Of a stretch of 64,000 bases of DNA, positions 59,284-64,000 are shown piece by piece; the stretch's first letter is position 1, and each line of letters opens with the position of its first letter. The stretch is from Armatimonadota bacterium (GTDB taxonomy: Bacteria; Armatimonadota; HRBIN16): contig OY781964.1 of NCBI GenBank assembly GCA_963677485.1, positions 320,001 through 384,000 of the forward strand. Reading direction: 5' to 3'. The position numbers and the translations under genes were made by a program. The notes beneath the pieces are model-generated. The model had not been told where the DNA came from and ran no database searches. It worked only from the letters and a program-made list of their open reading frames with translations.

Positions 59284-62127
59284 CTAATTCACCCGAATAT
59301 TCGTGACCCTAATCACCCGAAAGCCAAGGTCATCGAAGCTATGCGTGGCAGCCAGACAGTCGGTGCGGAAGTCACTACGGAAGTAGTCAGGGTTGGTGCT
59401 CTTCCAGGAGCCACCGCGTACCACCCGGGAGGCACCACTGTCAGGACCCAACGGGTTTACGTTTGGCGCGGACTTATAGTAGTCGGAGCCGTAGAAGTCG
59501 GAGCACCACTCCCAGGTGTTACCAGCCATATCAAGGCATCCGAATGGACTAATACCAGAGGGGAAGCTGGAACCCGGCAGCGGGCCATCGAGCAATATCT
59601 TGACGCTGTTCGCACAAGCGGATTCATCCCACTCGTTGCCCCACGGGTATTTGCGCCCTTTGGTGCCTCTCGCTGCTTTTTCCCACTGTGCTTCGGTGGG
59701 TAGTGAACCACCTGCCCACTTCGCGTAGTCTGCAGCATCCTGCCAGCTTTCATTGACGATTGAATCGACGTCAATCCATCCCTTGTGTGGCTCGGTCGGC
59801 ATCGCGTGGTGTGTCTCCGCACAGAATTTCTTGTATTGGGCTACTGTCACTTTGTTTTTGTAGATCCAATAGCCATCAAGGTATACCGTCCGCTGCGGTT
59901 TTTCATTCTCGTAAGCAGCGGAATCATCCCCCATCAAGAACTCGCCAGGAGAAACCCATACCATTTCAGCATCATCAACCTGGTTGAATGTGCCCAACCT
60001 ATCGCCTTTGGCGCCGAAGTTCTGGTCGAGAACTACATAGTCGAACAGGTTCACCTGACCATCGCCGTCCAGGTCAGCCATGGGGTCCGATGAGCCGAAG
60101 TGCTGGTCCAACACGACGTAATCAAACAGGTTCACCTGGTTATCGCCATCAGCATCGCCATTAGCTGGCGAGAATGCTACCACTGTGGTGGGGAATACAT
60201 ACCCCATCTTGGCCCGTATGAGATGGATACCCTCGAAGGATATATCCCATGGTGGCGGAAGGAAGGTAGAAAATGCGAACCCACCCATCGCTTGCGGTAG
60301 GATACTAAGGCACTCGTGCAAACTGGGATCGGCTGTGCTGTTGATGAAAGTGGTAAAGTGTTGTGAATACAGGTTACCCACGAAGTTGCCGAGATCCACA
60401 TGCACAGGTATGATCTCGGAACTCCGGATCACTGTAGTGTAGTGGTTCCCTGCGGATATACCGACTATGCCACTGTTCGGTGCCGGCAACTCACACTGCC
60501 CTAAGTCGTTGCTTCCCCAACAGGCTATCGATCCGTTCAGTCTCAGACCCACAGCATGGTTGTATCCCGCTTCGATGGCTCGGAAATTCGTATTTGGCAG
60601 CGGGACACTGCACTGTCCAGACGCATTGTTTCCCCAGCAGACTGCTGATCCATCTTGCTTCAATCCCATCGAAAACAGAGTACCCGCCGCAACAGCCGTG
60701 AAGTCCTGGTTGGGCAGCGGCACATTGCATTCCCCGCTTCCGTTTGATCCCCAGCAAATCACGGAACCGTCACTTTTCAGGCCTACCGTATGGGAGCCGC
60801 CCGCTGCGATAGCGATGAAGTCCTGGTTAGGTGCCGGCACATCACACTGTCCACTGGTGTTGGCACCCCAGCAGATAACCGAGCCATCACTCTTTAACCC
60901 TACCGAGAAATATGTGCCTGCGGAGATAGCGGTGAAGTCCTGGTTTGGCACAGGTGCCGTCGATTGGCCGTAGTCGTTCTTGCCCCACACCCGCACCGAT
61001 CCGTCTTGCTTCAATCCGATGGAATGAGCCAGACCTACAGAAACAGCCTTGAAATCCTGGTTTGGCAACGGTATGTTACACTGTCCATATCCGTCCTCTC
61101 CCCAGGCCACCAGTGTGCCGTTCTGCCTTAACCCGATATTGTGGCTCCAACCTGCCGCAACTGATGTAAAATTCTGATTGACTTGAGACACATTTTCTTC
61201 ACCATCGTTGTTCTCACCCCAGCAGACCAGCGAGCCATTACGCTTCAATCCGACCATGTCCCTTTCACCAGCGGAGGCGGCGATGAAGTCGTGGTTGGGC
61301 GCAGGCACGGTAAAGTTGAACCCCCAGCAAACTATCGATCCGTCATCCTTGAATCCTGCGATACCTATCGAGCTTGCATCGATGGCAGCAAAATGCTGGT
61401 TGGGGGACGGTATGTTCAACTGCCCCTGGTAGTTCGCTCCCCACACCACCACCGAACCATCATTTTTGAGGCCCACAGTGAAGTAATCACCGCCTGCCAC
61501 TGCAATGAAGTTCTGGTTTGGCGCAGGCACGTTACATTCACCATGAAGGTTACTCCCCCAGCAGACGATAGTGCCGTTGCTTTTCAGCCCGGCTGTAAAG
61601 GCCAAGCCCACGGCGACGGCTATGAAGTCCTGGTTAGGAGCAGGCACGTTGCATTGGCCGTAGTTGTTGGCACCCCAGCAGACCACTGAGCCATTCTGCT
61701 TCAGCGCTGCGGTGTGCCAGGAACCTGCAGATACCGCTGTAAATCCAGTGTTGGGAGCAGGCACGTTGCACTGACCGTACTGGTTATTTCCCCAGCAGAC
61801 CACTGCGCCATAACTCTTCAAGCCAACGGTATATTGGTCTCCCGCTGAGACTTTGGTGAAGTCTTGATTGGGCAGGGGCACATCGCATTCTCCGCTATTG
61901 TTATATCCCCAGCACTGCACAGAGTGATCAAGCTTCAACCCGGAGGTGTGGTGCCTCCCAGCATCGACGGCACCGAAACCAGTCAGATCGCCGGGCACAA
62001 TACGGTACGCTCCCCACGATTCGATCGTTCCACCCGATGCGAATGACAGGCTGCTGCACAGCGCGAGCAGGAGTAGTGTGGTCCACCCTACCCACATATT
62101 AGCATGTGATGATCTTGTTTGGTTCAC
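59284..62127 (-). CDS. secreted RCC1/BLIP-II repeat protein with dockerin-like domain and C-terminal FGE-sulfatase (SUMF1) domain
   Basis: Signal peptide; 14 ~40-aa xWG repeats; GDADGDNQVNLFD-type motif x2; LPTEAQWEKAARG, DMAGNTWEW and RVVRGGSW...GFR; GTG start after GGAGG. Confidence 0.88.
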   Translation of the reverse strand: MNQTRSSHANMWVGWTTLLLLALCSSLSFASGGTIESWGAYRIVPGDLTGFGAVDAGRHHTSGLKLDHSVQCWGYNNSGECDVPLPNQDFTKVSAGDQYTVGLKSYGAVVCWGNNQYGQCNVPAPNTGFTAVSAGSWHTAALKQNGSVVCWGANNYGQCNVPAPNQDFIAVAVGLAFTAGLKSNGTIVCWGSNLHGECNVPAPNQNFIAVAGGDYFTVGLKNDGSVVVWGANYQGQLNIPSPNQHFAAIDASSIGIAGFKDDGSIVCWGFNFTVPAPNHDFIAASAGERDMVGLKRNGSLVCWGENNDGEENVSQVNQNFTSVAAGWSHNIGLRQNGTLVAWGEDGYGQCNIPLPNQDFKAVSVGLAHSIGLKQDGSVRVWGKNDYGQSTAPVPNQDFTAISAGTYFSVGLKSDGSVICWGANTSGQCDVPAPNQDFIAIAAGGSHTVGLKSDGSVICWGSNGSGECNVPLPNQDFTAVAAGTLFSMGLKQDGSAVCWGNNASGQCSVPLPNTNFRAIEAGYNHAVGLRLNGSIACWGSNDLGQCELPAPNSGIVGISAGNHYTTVIRSSEIIPVHVDLGNFVGNLYSQHFTTFINSTADPSLHECLSILPQAMGGFAFSTFLPPPWDISFEGIHLIRAKMGYVFPTTVVAFSPANGDADGDNQVNLFDYVVLDQHFGSSDPMADLDGDGQVNLFDYVVLDQNFGAKGDRLGTFNQVDDAEMVWVSPGEFLMGDDSAAYENEKPQRTVYLDGYWIYKNKVTVAQYKKFCAETHHAMPTEPHKGWIDVDSIVNESWQDAADYAKWAGGSLPTEAQWEKAARGTKGRKYPWGNEWDESACANSVKILLDGPLPGSSFPSGISPFGCLDMAGNTWEWCSDFYGSDYYKSAPNVNPLGPDSGASRVVRGGSWKSTNPDYFRSDFRTDCLAATHSFDDLGFRVIRVTNIRVN

Positions 62128-62221
62128 GATATGGCCTCCGAATCTTCTATAGGGTCACCGTCACATACCTTGCGGTATGGCGAATTATCTTTTGGTATGC
62201 GTGCATTTTGTATTTCATCTC

Positions 62222-64000
62222 TTACTCGCCCATCGCTCCGAAGTTCTGGTCGATCACCACGTAGTCGAACAGGTTCACCTGGCCGTCACCGTCCAGATCG
62301 GCCATGGGATCTGAGCTGCCGAATTTCGAGTCTAGCACGACATAGTCGAACAGGTTGATCTGACCGTCGCCGTTCGCATCGCCGTTGACTAGACTGAGTT
62401 CGAGAAGATCAATGGGCTTAGGATCGAGTTTCATAACAGTCAATCCCAGAAAGTGAGAGTCAGAGACGGTGAAGTCCCATGGCGATGGCAGATAGGTGGA
62501 CAATGCATATCCACCCATGGCTTGAGGCATCAAGCTCAATGACTCTGTGAAGCTTGGATCGGATGAGCTGTTGATGAGCACTGAAAACTGCTGAGTGAAC
62601 ATGTTCCCCACGAAATTGTTCAATGTCACATTGACGGGTATGGTCTCAACTGGGCGGATGGCGGTGGTGAAGTCCTTACCGGCACTAATGAAGGTGAACC
62701 CACTATTTGGTGCTGGCACATTACACTCTCCAAAACTGTTGTCTCCCCAGCAGACCAGTGAGCCATCTTGCTTCTTCCCCACCGAGTGACGGTACCCCGC
62801 TGCGATAGCAACAAATCCCTGGTTGGGTAAAGGAACGGTGCATTGGCCGCTGGTGTTCAGACCCCAGCACACGATGGTGCCATCTTGCTTGAGACCGACT
62901 GTGAATCCATTCCCTGCTGCGACCGATTCAAATCCGTTATTAGGAGCCGGCACGATGTACTCACCATTACTGTTAGCACCCCAACAGACTACGGAACCAT
63001 TGCTCTTCAGACCGACTGAATGGTTGTAACCAGCAGACATAGCCATGAAATCTTGGTTGGGTGCTGGCACAGAGCTTTCGCCATATGTATTGCTGCCCCA
63101 ACAGGCTATGGAACCGTCTTGTTTTAGCCCCAGCGAGTGGCTATTGGCTGAGGAGATAGCCCAGAAGTTCGTGTTGGGGGCAGGCACATTACACTGCCCG
63201 TCTGTATTCGTTCCCCAACATACCAACGAAGTATCGCTTTTGAGCCCAACGGTGAATTGGTTCCCGGCGGAGATGGCCATGAAGTCCTGGTTAGGGGCAG
63301 GAGTTGCACTCTCACCTTGTGCATTGGCTCCCCATACCGCTACGGAGTTGTATTCCGTCATCCCAATGGTGTGAGTATTACCTGTGGCGATCACCGAGAT
63401 GAAATGCTGGTTCGGAACCGGCACACTGCATTGACCATATGTGTCTTCACCCCAGCTTACGATGGATCCATTGTTCTTCAACCCCACATTATGATCGCCA
63501 CCAGCAGCTACTGCAATAAACCCACTATTTGGGGCAGGTACGTGCAATGCACTATTGTTTACGTTTGATCCCCAACAGGCGACGGAGCCATCGCTCCGTA
63601 ATCCGGCACAGTGGAAACGGCATGCTGTGATTCTTACGAAGTCATGGCTTGTGGGCACGTTAAGTTGGCCTAGGCCAAAAGGGTCGCCTCCCCAGCCAAC
63701 CAGAGAGCCGTCTTGTTTCAGTCCGATGCTGAATTCAGTTCCAGCCGCTACAGCAGTAAACCCCTGATTGGGTGCGGGCACGTTGCACTCGCCGAAGTAG
63801 TTATAACCCCAGCACACTAACGAATGATCTTCCTTCAGCCCAATAGTGTGGAAAGATCCTGCAGCAACGGCGATGAAATTCTGGTTGGGTGAAGGAACGC
63901 TGCACTGGCCGGCGTCGTTATTACCCCAGCAAACCACCGAACCATCGCTCTTCAAGCCAACTGTGAAGTCAGAGCCTGCTGCAACTGCCGTGAAGCTCTG
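62222..64000 (-). CDS. RCC1/BLIP-II repeat protein with C-terminal dockerin-like domain (5' truncated by window edge)
   Basis: Frame open to base 64000; 11 visible xWG repeats; ends GDANGDGQINLFD...DLDGDGQVNLFDYVVIDQNFG. Confidence 0.88.
   Translation of the reverse strand, partial: QSFTAVAAGSDFTVGLKSDGSVVCWGNNDAGQCSVPSPNQNFIAVAAGSFHTIGLKEDHSLVCWGYNYFGECNVPAPNQGFTAVAAGTEFSIGLKQDGSLVGWGGDPFGLGQLNVPTSHDFVRITACRFHCAGLRSDGSVACWGSNVNNSALHVPAPNSGFIAVAAGGDHNVGLKNNGSIVSWGEDTYGQCSVPVPNQHFISVIATGNTHTIGMTEYNSVAVWGANAQGESATPAPNQDFMAISAGNQFTVGLKSDTSLVCWGTNTDGQCNVPAPNTNFWAISSANSHSLGLKQDGSIACWGSNTYGESSVPAPNQDFMAMSAGYNHSVGLKSNGSVVCWGANSNGEYIVPAPNNGFESVAAGNGFTVGLKQDGTIVCWGLNTSGQCTVPLPNQGFVAIAAGYRHSVGKKQDGSLVCWGDNSFGECNVPAPNSGFTFISAGKDFTTAIRPVETIPVNVTLNNFVGNMFTQQFSVLINSSSDPSFTESLSLMPQAMGGYALSTYLPSPWDFTVSDSHFLGLTVMKLDPKPIDLLELSLVNGDANGDGQINLFDYVVLDSKFGSSDPMADLDGDGQVNLFDYVVIDQNFGAMGE

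Overview
A 64-kb GC-rich bacterial chromosome segment. The organism is probably a diderm, sugar-degrading bacterium, most likely Armatimonadota. This is inferred from a FadL porin, a DUF6785-type membrane protein, DUF5107/DUF5722/DUF4038 glycoside-hydrolase-like genes and RCC1-repeat proteins with dockerin-like tails. The backbone is carbohydrate metabolism: many GH-like genes, an aldolase-MDR-srlD operon, PIG-L/NagB-like genes and tkt. The accessory parts are (1) an array of paralogous membrane proteins with PH-like domains at 0.6-7.5 kb, interrupted by a ~380-nt extensively base-paired plus-strand element with its own sigma70-like promoter (candidate novel large ncRNA); (2) a compact three-gene cassette at 20.4-23.4 kb with an unknown protein and two BrxD/DUF2791-like ATPases whose catalytic motifs appear split between them, without other BREX or Shango genes; (3) an array of B-box zinc-finger membrane proteins; (4) an IS200-type HUH transposase flanked by REP-like inverted repeats; and (5) several families of palindromic or short-period intergenic repeats. 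No rRNA, tRNA or CRISPR array was seen. All family assignments come from motif recognition by eye, not from database searches.
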